Below are positions 12,203 to 25,098 of a DNA stretch of 64,000 bases, piece by piece; positions within the stretch are counted from its first letter, which is position 1; every line of letters starts with the position of its first letter. The translations under genes and the position numbers were made by a program. This stretch comes from Paramoeba atlantica (lineage: Eukaryota; Protista; Discosea), in assembly GCA_977017575.1 (NCBI GenBank), contig CDRNVI010000060.1, positions 372,001 to 436,000 on the forward strand, in the 5' to 3' direction. Below the pieces are notes generated by a model, which did no database searches, had not been told where the DNA came from, and saw only the letters and a list, made by a program, of their open reading frames with translations.

Positions 12203-13868
12203 TGAGGGTTGGTAGTCCTAATCTGGGCTTACCCAGAGAGGGTCCACCAACCCGTCATTATCACGGCGCAGTAGACGCGCCATGGCAAGCATGGCACCAT
12301 GAAGGCCATAAAAAAAACATGTTTTGACAACACCGGACTTGAAACCCGCCCTGCACCAAAATCCAAAAACTAATTCGGCGGAATTCAAGAAGTTTCGATA
12401 GAGCGTGTTGCCGCTGTATGACACAGCGTGGAGCCGCTCGCATGGAGTGTGGAGCAGCTGTTTTGGCAGCGTGGAGCCACTCATGCTGATTTATAGGAGC
12501 GTGGAGCCGCTGTTTGACACAGCGTGGAGCCGCTCGCATGGTGAGTGGAGCCGATTTTTGGCAGCGTGGGGCCACTCGTGCTGATTTGACGGAGCGTGGA
12601 GCCGCTGTTTGACACAGCGTGGAGCCGCTCGCATGGAGTGTGGAGCAGCTGTTTTGGCAGCGTGGAGCCACTCATGCTGATTTGATGGAGCGTGGAGCCG
12701 CTGTTTGATACAGCGTCAAACCGCTCCCATGTAGTGTAGATCCGCTGCTCCTGCAGCGTCGAGCCACTCATGCCGATTTATAGGAGCGTAAATCCGCTGT
12801 TTGATGCAGCGTCGAACCGCTCGCATGGAGTGTAGATCTGCATGTAGCGCTGAATCAGTCACGTTGATTTGATTGAGAATATGGCGTTTGATACAGAATA
12901 TGACCGTTCGTATCAAGGGTACTGCCTCTCGTGGAATTCCCATGGAGCGTGTGACGGCAGTTGGATACAGCGTCGGTCTGGATGACTACAGTTCCACGAG
13001 TGGACTCTGACTCGTTTTAATTATTACGTTTTGGATACGCCATGCCTTTTGTAAGTGTGGTATCCCTGCATCTTAGATGATGCGTAAGTTAATGGAACCC
13101 TAAATGACCAGTGCCATTGAGTCGTAGTTACTCGTTTAGTGGAGGGTTTCTAGGTTTTAATGCAGCGGCCTTTCCTAGAGTAGTTCCACTAGTAAGAGTA
13201 GTAAGAATGCTAATTCAGTATAGATTCCTAGTAATACAAGTAGAGACTAGTTGAAGTAGCATAGTTCTGTATAGTTCTGGTGGTTTACACGTGTGTGTAT
13301 GTAGGGTTGCCGTCCGAATAATAGACGTGATAAAGATTCCGAGAATGATGGTGTGCTCGACTTCATTCATTGAACCAACGACTCACTGTATCTCAATTTA
13401 ATTTCTGTTGAGTTAAACTATTGCGAGCGAGGCTTCATACACATCTTGTCGTGTATGTATCCTTCCTTTCAAAGGATGTCTGTATCAAACTTCAATCATG
13501 TATCACGGTGTCTGGTTAAATTATACGTTATGTAGTTGCAATATTTCGTTTCGTATTTATTATTACTAACTTTATTTATTTACTATAGTAACAATATTTA
13601 TTTTAGTTTTCCTAATTTTTCTCTAAATGAATTTCCCGACAGCGTATTGAAGCCTTTTCGACATTCGACTTGCTCGGATGCTGGAGAGACCACTTCTTGC
13701 GTGTCGTCGGCCCCTTCAGTGGGATGTGCCTGAGTATCCATGAATGTGCCTTTTTTTCTGGCCTTCATGGTGCCAGGCCTGCCATGGCGCGTCTACTGCG
13801 CTGTGATAATGACGGGTTGGTGGACCCTCTCTGGGTAAGCCCAGATTAGGACTGCCAACCCTCACATT
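12199..13868. mobile_element. Foldback/MITE-like non-coding element with about 118-bp inverted termini
   Basis: aatgtgagggttgg..catgaaggcc.aaaaaaa at 12199-12316 is inverted at 13751-13868 with few mismatches. No ORF or TSD identified. Confidence 0.7.
12419..12845. repeat. Minisatellite of about 96-bp units (about 4.5 copies) built from an agcgtggagccgct subrepeat
   Basis: Unit starts near 12419, 12515, 12610, 12706 and 12802. Confidence 0.9.
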
Positions 13869-14062
13869 CTGCAGCTGTTACCCACACATTACGTCGACGA
13901 ATGTGCATCAAATTTGAGGTAGCTTTTTAATGTGGTAATTTGGTACTAACGGACCAAGTCTTCTAGGGTGGTACTCTGTCTCTCATTGATTTTAGTAAAT
14001 GACAAGTCAGAGGTTTCGAAGAAAATTTATAAAAATTGCGAAATTTATAAATTTTTTAAATA

Positions 14063-14392
14063 CTATACCCCCCCTGCTTATGAGTTCCGCGGTTTTAAGA
14101 AAAAGGAACTCATAAGCGTACCAGACCAGAAATCGAGCCATAAAAAGTGAAAATTCGGGCTCGCGGCGCTTGGCGCCGCGGGTTCTCCTTTACAAAGATA
14201 CTGGGGCTAAAAAGACTAACCGCTTGGCGAGCGAGTCTGTGGAGCAGACTGACGTAGTAGTTGGGGATTTCATGAATTTTTGTTCTGTGCGATCGCTTCC
14301 CGAATAGTGGGTACAAAAACATTCGTCTTAGAAAAGGGAACTCATAAGCGTACCAGAATTGGGGGAACTCATAAGCAGGAGTATAGGTATAG
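14063..14392. mobile_element. MITE (about 330 bp) with imperfect TIRs and TA flanks
   Basis: TA|ctatacc..ctgcttatgagttcc and ggaactcataagcagg..gtatag|TA. Internal direct repeat gaactcataagcgtaccaga near 14106 and 14338. Confidence 0.7.
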
Positions 14393-14616
14393 TAATTAAA
14401 ATATCGTAATTGTGTTTAGGAAGGCGTGATAATGGTGTTTTTCTATAAATTTAATTCAAGGGGTTTTCGATGGAATGTGCCAAGCGGGCGTGAATAATGA
14501 GACTGATTCGAAACATTACTTCATAAAATACTGCAGAAGCGCAATGTAAGGTCCACGAAACACAATAGGGAATGCATAAAAACACACAATTGAAACTTTG
14601 CTATCATAACCTCGAC

Positions 14617-15276
14617 CTAATGGTCTGCTTTCTTTCCTCGGACCTTCTCTATGGACCCCAAAGATTTCGTTCTTTTAATCTCTCTAATCTGTGTATTCGT
14701 CCATGATCTACTGCACAACGATTTCGGGAGTGCTGCAACATTGATCGTTCCTTTTAGCTGGTAATTCGCATTCAAAATCAAGGTACTTAACCGCTCATGA
14801 AGGGTGTGAAGCGTTAGTGTACCATCAAATCTGTTTTTCGCAATGTTTAGATGTTCTAACGTGTGTGGCAGCTTCAGCAGATTTACATCTCCGGTAAATT
14901 GGTTCTGCTGAAGCAACATCGTGACAAGGATAGGTGGCAGTTGGTCAAACAACACAGTTCCTTCAAAAAAATTGCACGAGAGGTCGATGTGAAGAATTGT
15001 CTTCGGGAGACTTTCCCAGTTCAGCGGGCCACTGCGGCTCCAGTTGGACCACAGCAAATGTGTGACTTCGCGGGCCGCATTACAGGTGACGCCTACCCAA
15101 TCACAGGCAGAGTACTTCGAGGTCCATGAGGGGGAAGGGTTTCGAATGTTTAGTATAAACTTGTCAAGTTGTAATTCCTGGGGAAGTCCCACCCCGTGGA
15201 CTTTGCCGGCGCGCCACGACGAACCGCTGGATGGTTCGTCGCGAAGGTGAAACAAAGGAGTGAGGCACAAATGCAT
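14617..15276 (-). CDS. Leucine-rich repeat protein (LRRNT cap CDWVGVTC plus LP..L..L.L..N.F.G repeats)
   Basis: ACDWVGVTC; LPKTILHIDLSCNFFEGTV; LPPILVTMLLQQNQFTGDV; LPHTLEHLNIAKNRFDGTL. Confidence 0.88.
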   Translation of the reverse strand: MHLCLTPLFHLRDEPSSGSSWRAGKVHGVGLPQELQLDKFILNIRNPSPSWTSKYSACDWVGVTCNAAREVTHLLWSNWSRSGPLNWESLPKTILHIDLSCNFFEGTVLFDQLPPILVTMLLQQNQFTGDVNLLKLPHTLEHLNIAKNRFDGTLTLHTLHERLSTLILNANYQLKGTINVAALPKSLCSRSWTNTQIREIKRTKSLGSIEKVRGKKADH

Positions 15277-16476
15277 GCGTAGGTAGCGCGAGTGGATGGA
15301 TAATATATTTTTTTAATAATAAAACAATAATAAAATGATAAAATAGTTTACAAATGGTATAAATCGTATAAATGGCACGAAAATAGACCACCATTACCCC
15401 CCCTTACGGCAGTGCTCAAGGGCGCAAAATACGCCCGAGTGATTGAGGGGTGACTCCTTTTGCGCAGAGAGCAGTACTGGTTGTCCTTGCTTGTCCTTGT
15501 GGACGTGACGGTGGTGAACTCATTGGCCCCGTCATAGTATGACGGGGTTCCACGTATGACATACGTGGACAAGAAAAGCGGAAGACGATTCGGTGACAGT
15601 TTTGAATTTATTTTGAACTGGGGCGTGAGTAGAAACTTGCACACAGGAGGCAAAAATCGACTCTCCACGTCAGCACCCATGCGCAAGACCCGAAAGCTCA
15701 TTTCAACGTTGTGAACTGAAAAGTAAAGTACAGGATTACAAACGTAGCTTTTGAAGAAACAATGTTTCGAACCAAATTCGCCGTGGAATTCGCTGTGGAA
15801 TATGAAAAGCAAGAAATCAAGTGGAGGAAACACGTGTGTGAGAGAGAAAGGGGAGAGAAAAATAGTTGTCAGAATGCAAATATTTCTGGTAGAACTAAAA
15901 TCTATCAATGTGATTCGCAGCCACGGGAGCGTCGCTTCTTTGGGCATTCGGGTATTCGCTTAATGCTGAGTAGGATGGCCCTTTACTACTCGATCGGGCC
16001 ACGCTTGTTTTATTTTCAACTAGTTGACTTTTAAAGTCAGGAGAGGAGTGAAGGGGAGTGCAGGCTGTAGAGGAGTGAGGAGTGCAGACTATAGAGGAGT
16101 GAAAGGGAGTGAAAGGGAGTGAAAAAAAAGTTTTAGTAATTGTTCCTCGTCTTGCTGAAAAAAAGCCTCGATGGTACCCCTCTGGGACGCGGCAAGCCCG
16201 AACAGAGCGCGTGCCTCGTACGGGGGAAAGGCCGAAACTCGAACAAACGAGTGTGTGGAGTTATGAGGTTCGATTTATTTGTCTTGTAAGTTTCCTCTCT
16301 TTCCCCGTCGACCGCTTTCTAACTTTACGGTTGTTTTTTTCACTGCACTTTCTGGGCAAATTTTTATTGGCTTGATGGTCACAAATTCTGATTTTGATGC
16401 TTTTGAGATAGGCATTGTGGGAGGGACGAGTTTTTGAGTGTTTTCTCATCTGTTTTTAACGATAAAGGTCTTCTGT

Positions 16477-16512
16477 CTTTAACGATAAAGATACAGTTTA
16501 TGTACCTTGTTG
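16477..16512 (+). other. Spliced-leader (SL) exon copy directly upstream of a retroelement ORF
   Basis: ctttaacgataaagatacagtttatgtaccttgttg contains the euglenozoan SL core ACAGTTT(C)TGTAC..TTG and is 35/36 identical to the 63696 copy. ATG follows 13 nt later. Confidence 0.85.
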
Positions 16513-16525
16513 TTTTATTTTAATC

Positions 16526-19500
16526 ATGACACGTTTTTCGCGACTTCTATGTTCAGATTGTGGGACATAGTTCGTCCCCCATCTCCCCCATCACCGTTTC
16601 CGCGAAAAGTGTGCTCAACAGAGCAAGAAACGTGGCCCCAGTGATAAGAAACCGACCATAGCTCGCCTGGAGCATAACATGAGAACACTGGCCTTGCAGA
16701 TCCAGACTTTAAAAAAGAAAGCCTCCTCACCGCTGAGGCCTTCCAACACAAAGCCTTGTGCTGTCTGCAATAAACCTTTTTCTCCGTTCCAATTGAAACA
16801 CACCAAGTGTTCTTCATGCCACTTTGGGTCCAGTAAACCGGCCACGCCTCTCTCTTACAAGGCGCGAAGACCGGCCTCCCCGGCTAAAATAACCATGTTT
16901 CCTGAGGGAAAACCAGTCGTACATAAGCCGGACAACCACCGCACATTAAAGAACTCCCAGCCCATATTCTCGGGGCCCTTTACGCTACCTGGAAGAAAAT
17001 ATACCCGAACCCGATCTACCTTTGGTTCTTTTTCCTACGCAGACTTCGTTAAAATGCAAGCTCGTGAAAAGCCGGAAGCCGTCGGAGCTGCCAAGCGGAT
17101 TACACCCTCTAAGTCCAAGGAAAAACGCACCCTTACCCTGGACATGCGCGTCCAAGAAATTGAAAACAGATTCCAGAAAAAGCACTTAAGTACTCAGGAA
17201 AGGGAAAAATATTCCCGACTCATCAGAGTATTATAGAACAGCAAACTCTCGAAATGCAGGCAATTACATCTCATATGAACCTCCAACTTTGCATGCTACA
17301 AAGCCTATACGATAAAGCAACGCAGCAAGAAAAAATTGGACGAATCAAAGAGCGGGAAGGCCACGTATGTTCTAAATTCGATAAGGTCTTTCTGGACGGA
17401 TCTTCACTTCGAACACACCTTGAAGTTCACGAAGCTCACATAAAGAAAATTATGATCTGGAGAGAGCACAACCTCCAGCGAATTGAGCAACGCAAGAGAC
17501 GCCACCTACAGGATGACTTTGAGGGGGGATTTCTCTCGCTTCTCGAGGAATTTTACGAGACATTTCCTAATCCCACGGAGCATTTAGTCAAGAAGAGACG
17601 CCCAGTCCTTCGTACTGAAGTTCCATCTGCCCTACATCACGTCCCGACGAAAAAATGGGCTGATATTGAATGCCCAGAACAGCTTGATGTAGATGACGCC
17701 GAGGTAGATGGCGCCGAGGAGGCGACTTCCAACCAAGAAGGTGTTATCATCCCCCTATCGTTAGGGCCCCGGGAAAGCGGCCACATCCGTGTCCTTGGTC
17801 TCACAGCAAATAAGACCCTAGAGACACTTAGGGATGAAGTGGGACGAGCACTGGGCCTTCGCAGGCACATGGTCGTACTTATAGATGCGAGTACACGTAC
17901 TGAACCTCCTCTCGATCGGAAAATGTCGGAATTCTCCCCTCCGGGGTCGATCGGGGCGACCATACGCATTCCCGCGGGAGACCCGGAAGGCAAAGGGGTT
18001 CCCATACAAATCTTTGGAGCACACTCCTCAGGCATTCCAATACTACTCCCACCACACGTGGAACCGCAGTACCTACCTACCTTCTTATGTGAAGAGCTAG
18101 GCATTGATATGGAAATGTCTATTGCGTGGAGTGCGCAACACACCCAAGAATTGGGCACAATGTGGTGCTACTTACCCACACAAGCGCTCATAGCGAACTC
18201 TGGGTGGTCAAAAGCACAAGTACAGACCCAGTTGATTCGAGGGGGCATTGAAAGCAACCCTGGACCCGGAAAAAAGCGAGGTCGTCCACCTGGTAAAAAG
18301 ATCTCACAATCGGGAACATTAGACCTAGCCTCTATTCCGGTCGGAACGGTCTCGTATGGAGTGACACGTCCGAGGAGCGATCGGACTCCCCCCGACACGG
18401 AGATCTCCCTTGCGGATACGGAACAAGGACGCGAAACAATTCTAGAAAAGAGGGCAAGGGGGATACTACAAACGAATAGGAACTCCGTAAACCCACCGAA
18501 GAAAGGAGAGGACGATATAGTAACCGCCGACTTTCCAAGTCGACACCTCTTCGACATTGGAAGCCTCCGGAAAAAATACAACACTATTATTCGGAGACCC
18601 AGTTTTCGAAAACTATATCACCAGCAACTGCCATGCTGGAAAGAACTCTGCAGTGGCATATGTCGCAACTTCCTTGAGCAGAACGAGGATATCAGGCAAA
18701 AAATATCATGGAATCTTATGTGCACTGTAAAGTAATTTCTTTTCCTGTCGGAAAAGAAACTCACCCACAGGCAGCTTAGCCAAGAATTAAGGCTTAGAAT
18801 GTCCGAAAGGGAGCCAGAGTTTTATCCTCTACCTGAAGTGGAGAAAAAGGCAACCCAAGATCCGGCGGCGCGAGCGGAAGGCCTAATCAAGCTTGGAGCT
18901 TTAGGCCGTACGAGCTTTAGAATCAAGAAATAAAGTTGCGCTCTCATCGGAAGAAACGAGTAAAGTTATAGAAATATTATATCCTAGAGAATTTAGGGGT
19001 TTTAAAACGCTAAAAGCAAACTCGGAACCAGTCGAGGGAGCTGTCCTTACTCGTAGAGCCTTAAAACTTGCCAGAGGGTCGGCACCGGGACCTTCGGGGT
19101 GGACGAGGGAGCTCTTGACCCCGTTGTTGGAGTACCAAGACATTGTAGACTGCCTGTGCTGGGTGGTCAACGGTGTCCTACAGAACTCAAGGGAATCACA
19201 GCTCCAAGGAGTGTTAACGTGTTCTACTTTAGTTCTGTTAGGTAAAGAGGAGCACACTACAGGCGCAGTTCTCGCATGTAAGCCCATTGCGATGGGAGAA
19301 CTATTCCTCAAGCTAGCAGCTCAAATAGCTGTGGAACGCGCTGAATTGGAGACCAGCAAAATGTTTGCAGAAACACAAATGGGAGTAGGAACTAGAGATG
19401 GCGGCCCGGAAATCGTTTTACGAGCGCGCGACGCCTTTCGCGTTACAGATACAGCCGTTCTGCTGTCAATAGATATGAAGAACGCTTTCAACCCATTAGA

Positions 19501-19560
19501 GAGACAGGCAATCTTTAATGCATTAAAGGAGAAGAGTGAACTCTGCGAGTTACAGTGGTT
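16526..19560 (+). mobile_element. CRE/SLACS-clade non-LTR retrotransposon, 5'-complete and 3'-truncated, degenerate (ORF1 16526-17236; ORF2 from 17254)
   Basis: ORF1 starts at ATG 16526, in frame with the 16679 ORF across one TAG, with CxxC motifs. ORF2 has a C2H2 finger, GGIESNPGP, then (after a stop and frameshift) SAPGPSGWTRELL, KPIAMGELFLKL, QMGVG and SIDMKNAFN. Confidence 0.88.
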
Positions 19561-20588
19561 TCAGTTGATCTTGCTCCCCCTCGGAATTTTGATTTTTTTT
19601 ATCCATTTTTGCTCATTTTGCAGCATTGGAGAGATCTCGTTCCCCTAGCGAAGAGCTTTGCCGCCTTTTTTTCATAGAGGCCCCCTGGTGTCCCCTGGGT
19701 CCGAAAAACACTGTTTTTAAGAACGTTTTCTGTGTACACAACCATTTTTTGTCACATTTTCCGATTTTTTGTACATTTTGAACATGTAAGTACGAGCAAT
19801 AGTGTTCTAAATTGATAATTTGAAAGCTCTATGTCTAGTACCATCTCCATCGCCTAATTTAATGTAGTCAAAACCTCTACATTATGCAGACCAGACCCTC
19901 TAACCCCAAACAGGGGGGGTGCGTACAAGGATGGAATGACGAAAGAGAAGACAATCCGGTGAAAGTGAAGCATTATTGCGCCAAAAAAATATTTTTTTCT
20001 AATTTTCAAATATTGGTTTGAAACAAGTATGTTTTCTTTTAGAGTGTGTCAGATTATTAAAAATACAAACTTTTTTCACGGTTTATCACTATGAACTGCG
20101 CACAATAACACAATTAATTAAGTTGTCTGCTGGAAGTCGAACCGTAACGCGCACTGATGGCTGGCGAGCGAGTCGCTCGCTGGGAAAAGACTTACGGCAT
20201 GAGACAGTTAATCGTCCACGATCTTTGGTGCACACCAACACTGTTGAACGCATGAGTGAGATACTCAAGAAGGCAGTACGATCCCGTGGGAATGGGACCC
20301 TTGGGTATTTTGACGAAGAAAGAAAAGACGATCCCGTGGGAATGGGACCCTTGGGTACTTTGATGAAGAAAGAAAAGATTGACCAAAGTTCAGCGGAGAC
20401 GTCGTCAATGGTCTGAAGATCGGAAACAGCGAGGGAGATCCTTTAAAACAGCTGTGCGAAGATCTCTAATTAATGTGAAGACTCATCTTTTTAGAAGCGA
20501 AATCAAAAGAAATAAGTAGTAGCGGCCCATAAACGTAAAAAGATATCTGCATTTGTTTTTTTCAAAAAAGGCGCAATGATGCTTCACT

Positions 20589-21270
20589 TTGACCGACAAT
20601 CCCCCAATATCCCACAAAGGAACCGTGGCATTACCTCTTTGCGGGAGAAAAGAAATAATAAAGCAACACAAAAAGGGATTAAGCATACATAAATTATCTA
20701 ATAATTTCGGACCTGACCGTCGCACCATAAGAAGAATTGTTAACCTGTGGAAGGAAGGAGAAGATCTTACACCCCAAAAATCCCTAGGAAAAAAATCATC
20801 AAGGCGGTTTAAGAACCTTGTAAAAAAAATTATGGATGATGAAAACGAAACGTACGATGGTTGCTTAACTTATGCTTGGATACACGAGCAAGTGCTGAAT
20901 ATGGGGTATAAATGTTCGTTAAACAAAATAAGAACTATTTTGAAAAATATTGATTACGGTAGATGGGCTAAGTCGCCGAACTGTGACCTAACTGAGGAAC
21001 ACAAGTCGCAGCGTTTGAGATTAGCAAACGAATTGCTTACATAGCCTAAAGAAGATTTAAACAAAATCATTTGGACCGATGAAAAGTTGTTTACCTGTGG
21101 GGTTCATGGGTCTCAGTTTTTCATTGGACCTAAAGGGTGCCAAAGAAAACCTCGCTGCAGAAACCGTAGGTGGTATGGGGGGAAGGGGGTAATGGCTTGG
21201 ATGGGTATTAGGGTAGAACACGGATTTTTCTTGCACGTGTTTGAACCCAATGACAATACAACTTATGAAA
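20589..21270 (+). pseudogene. Tc1-like transposase 5' fragment (same family as the 5293 ORF)
   Basis: HTH (RRTIRRIV), IIWTDEKLFTCG, GGKGVMAWMGI..HGFFLHVFE. Stop at 21042 and truncation before the second Asp. Confidence 0.85.
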
Positions 21271-22240
21271 ACGCGCACAAGAGTAATACAGGCGTACGAA
21301 AAATTTATGGCTGGGGCCTCGCAAGTAGGTCTGGAAATCAACGAATCGAAGTGCAAGCTCTCGACTCACTGCGCGGAGCAATACCTTCTATTCAAAGACA
21401 AGAAAATCCGGCAGGAGGACAAAGGTCAAAAGTTGCTTGGTGCATTTGTTTCAAATGAGAAAAAGGAAGAATCGGGTTGGGTACTTCAGCAGCAGTTCCG
21501 AAGCTACGCTCGTTCTTGGAACGCCTACAGCAACTTTCACTACAAAGCGCTTATACGCTTTTGAAGCGATGTGGAATTCCAAAGTGGATCTATCTCCTGC
21601 GATGTCATGAGCCGGATGTTACGGCGGCTGCAAATAAGCTTGCCGATGAGGCTGTCGAGAGATGTGTTACTGAACTGTTGGGAGGCTTTGGAAACCTAGA
21701 GGGGAACCCGTTTCACAATCACCATATGACGGCGAACCTCCTGGGAGCACAGCCTTATTCCACGCAGGCTGAAACTCTGTACTCGAGGGCTAAAACCTTT
21801 TCGTATGGAAGATCCTATTTGGAGAAGCACCTCAGCAGGGGTCCGGAAGTAGAAAAAGAGAGCACTCCTACTAACCAAGTACATGCACTACAACTCATGG
21901 ATAAGAGGACTGGCTACTGGATGGAAGCATGGAGAAATCGAGGCGAGTACTACCTACGAGACTCGGAATGGCAAACAGCGGCGCGGATGCGCTATATGAT
22001 TGCCCCCGTTTCGAGCCCGGTAGTGCAATGCGTATGCGGGGAAACGTTAGCAAATGCACAGTTCGTTGTTCATGCACTAGACTGTCATAAAGTCAAAGGG
22101 GCCACCGCTGCCACTCGTCACAAGATGGTGAAGGAGGTCTTCACTCGAATATTAAAGAAATATGGGTTCTGCCCTGACTTACATGAGCCCCGATTCTCTG
22201 ACGGAAAGGGTCCGGACGTTTGTTTCGCGATGGGCACGAA
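21270..22240 (+). pseudogene. CRE-clade retrotransposon 3' fragment (RT end, thumb, CCHC and RLE start)
   Basis: VGLEINESKC, KLLGAFV, CVCG..HALDC, RHKMVK, EPRF..KGPDV; frameshifted. Confidence 0.8.
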
Positions 22241-25098
22241 AAACAAAAGTAGAGAAAATGTGTAAAGTCAAAATAGCAAGTGAGGAAAAAGCAGCAAAGG
22301 AGTGAGCGAGAAAATAGCGAAAAGAAAGTACAAGCTTAGGTAGGAGCACAACTCACAAATGTGTAAAGTGAAAATAGCAAGTGAGAAAAAAGCAGCAAAG
22401 GAGTGGGCGAGAAAATAAAAAAAGAAAGTGCAAGCTTATTCAGTAGTAAACTAAGCTTTTGCTTCCTGAACAGAAGCTAAAACAGTAACAACATTTAAAT
22501 CATTCTCAGGAAGCTTAATTTCCCGAAAATTCCGACCCAAAGTATCAATAAATCCTGTATTATCCTCCTCCGTGAAAATTGTGAGACAATTCCCGATCCT
22601 TGCCTCAGAATATACGCCCATGGACAGAAGTGTGCCCCCGGCCTGGCAAATGACATTTTTTTATCCGTTTTTGCTCATTTTTGCAGCATTCGAGAGATCT
22701 CGTTCCCCTAGCGAAGAGCTTTTCCGCCTTTGCTTCATAGTGACCCCCTGGAACCCCCTGGGTCCTAAAAACATGGTTTTTTGCCCATTTTTTTGGAACA
22801 CAGTCAATTTTTCTAGTGGCTGGGGGGAAGGTCAGAGGGAACAGAAGGTGGGGGAGCGGTTGGGGGAGAGGGTGTAGGGGAGAGAGAGGGAGAGAGGGAG
22901 GGGAAGGAGAAGACAAAAAGGTAGCTAGGCAAAAAGTATGAGGTAGATAAATATGTACGATGAATATAAAATATGGAATGATGGGAAAATTTTGTAATTC
23001 ACCATTAATGAAAAGTGGGTAAATGCTGAATCACGTCGTAGTCACTTGTTGATTTCTATTTCGGGATCCAATTCCAACATTTTTTTGTTACTAGTTATAT
23101 TTTGTATACCAAAACTAACTTGTCCCACGCAATCTATAAGCATGCAAAATACAGGTAACCGGGAAGGAACCATTAAACACAACATTGAATCGCATGATAA
23201 AGGGAAACGATCAAGATCCAAGGGTAAGCGTGAAAATACGGATATGCACAGCAACCAAAAAACGCGAAAAACTGATGGAAAAAGGAGAAATCGCAAGAGC
23301 AGGAAGGTTTTGTTCGATGTCCTATCAATGAAGGCGGCGATACTACTCCTATGGCCATCATACATGTACTAGTATGTTCTAAAGAAAAGTTCACAAGCAT
23401 TGGTGGACGACCTTCTTCCAAGTGGATTGAAAATAACTGCGTGGTTCGTATCTGTTTTCAGCAACCCTCTGCAAGCCGGGTCCACTTTTGAGTGGCACTT
23501 TGTTGCACGGAGGTTTTCATTCACTGTAGTATGTACTGTAGTAAATTGTTGTATGCCTTTTTGCTTAATTAATGTTGTGGTGGTTGCATATAGGCCTCGC
23601 AAAAAAAAATGTATGTACCATCATCAACGCGGGAATCGTGAGGTCCATGGGGAAATGTGAGCTCGTACGAGTGCTCGCGACCACTGGCACGGAGCGCTCC
23701 CCATAACTTTACCCCATAAAGAGGCATCGACGCACAGCAGCATTGCAGGGCTATGAGTTGCACTTCGAAGTAGAAGCAGGGCGTTTAACCACCCCGTCGT
23801 GTTTGAACGCTGTAAATGTTTGAGCACTTCTATGGAAAGAATCGCGGGGGTAACTTTGCGAGAGCGCATCAGATCACTTATCTTCGTAAAACCTTTGTCC
23901 ATTAAGAAGTCTCCATAAGTAAGGTATCGGATATTTAGTTAACGAATTTTGTCTTCAAATACGAGTATAATTATTGGAATCTCTCAGAATACGTAGATTG
24001 CACTTTAGAGAGGAGTAAATTACGAAGCTGCCTTTTAGATATTCTCCCATTAAAGTAATACATGGCTAAACCAGACATGGTATTGGCTTATTTAGAAGTT
24101 AGAGTGCTCTTGCGTTAGCAAAAGTGAACTTTGAGATTTTGCATTTACCGTTTCTACTGCCTTTTGAGTAAGAAACTCAAGTGGCAGGTTCAAGAAAAGT
24201 GCACTTATGTATACACACTTCTAAACAATTAGCCGGGCAGGTATACATGTATGACCTCATTTTGAAGGTTCCAATCTCCAAGGAAATGCCTGCGCTCACA
24301 AGCAGTTCCATTCTCTGTTACCCAAAGTCTTACCCAGAGTCTATTGCTGCGAATTCTATTCACGCGGGACATGTTTTTCTATCAGGTCTTTAAAAAACGG
24401 AATCCTTTTGAAATCGTCAATGCCACGACACTTCGCAATCTCCGCCACCGTCTCTACTCCCGGTGGGTCTGGAGATCTCATGGACTTCCATTTGTACTCC
24501 TTCGGGGCTCGCTGTCTCGGGTGGGGGTTCAATGGCCTTAGCATCTCTCCCTTCCCTCTGTTCTGATCCGCTGAGGTATCGTCAGTGTGTACTGGAGCCG
24601 TTTCGCTTACTGCTGCAGTGGGCTTGGCTTTCCTACGAGCCCGTGTCCGAGTGGAGATAGTTCCCTCGACAGCTGAGATCGAGTTCGTAACGGAGGCAGA
24701 CTTTGCTGTGGTCATGCAACCGAATGGTGTATTGCGTAATGGTTGTATGCTAAAAAAGTATTTAAAATACTTCCATAAAAATATAAATTGATCCTAAAAT
24801 AATTTTAGTATCAAGATTATGAGTTATACTTACCTATTTACAGACATGGAGTACACGTGCACATTAGTCATTCGAGGCGCATCCTCATTGTTCCCTCATT
24901 GCATTGTTCAATGCAAGCAAAGATAAAAACTGATAAACGAGCTCCATAGTACCAACTTTCTCTGTGAAACGCACGTATAGGAACCATCGGATCACATCGG
25001 ATACTATCGCATCGTGTACAAATTCAACAAAATACACTTTAAAAACATCAAAAAGCAAACCACCTACACGGTTCATCCCCTTCCTTCCGTTCCCCTTC

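Larger units (their letters stand above)
19585..22790. repeat. Dispersed repeat of about 130 bp (about 19585-19715 and 22655-22790), Tc1-type subterminal sequence
   Basis: Shared ttgctcatttt..cagcatt.gagagatctcgttcccctagcgaagagcttt..ccccctgg..ccctgggtcc, same orientation. Confidence 0.7.

Noticed and set aside
23620-24715. Decayed minus-strand ORFs as the missing tyrosine recombinase
   Set aside because: No R..HxxR..Y signature could be found; left unassigned.
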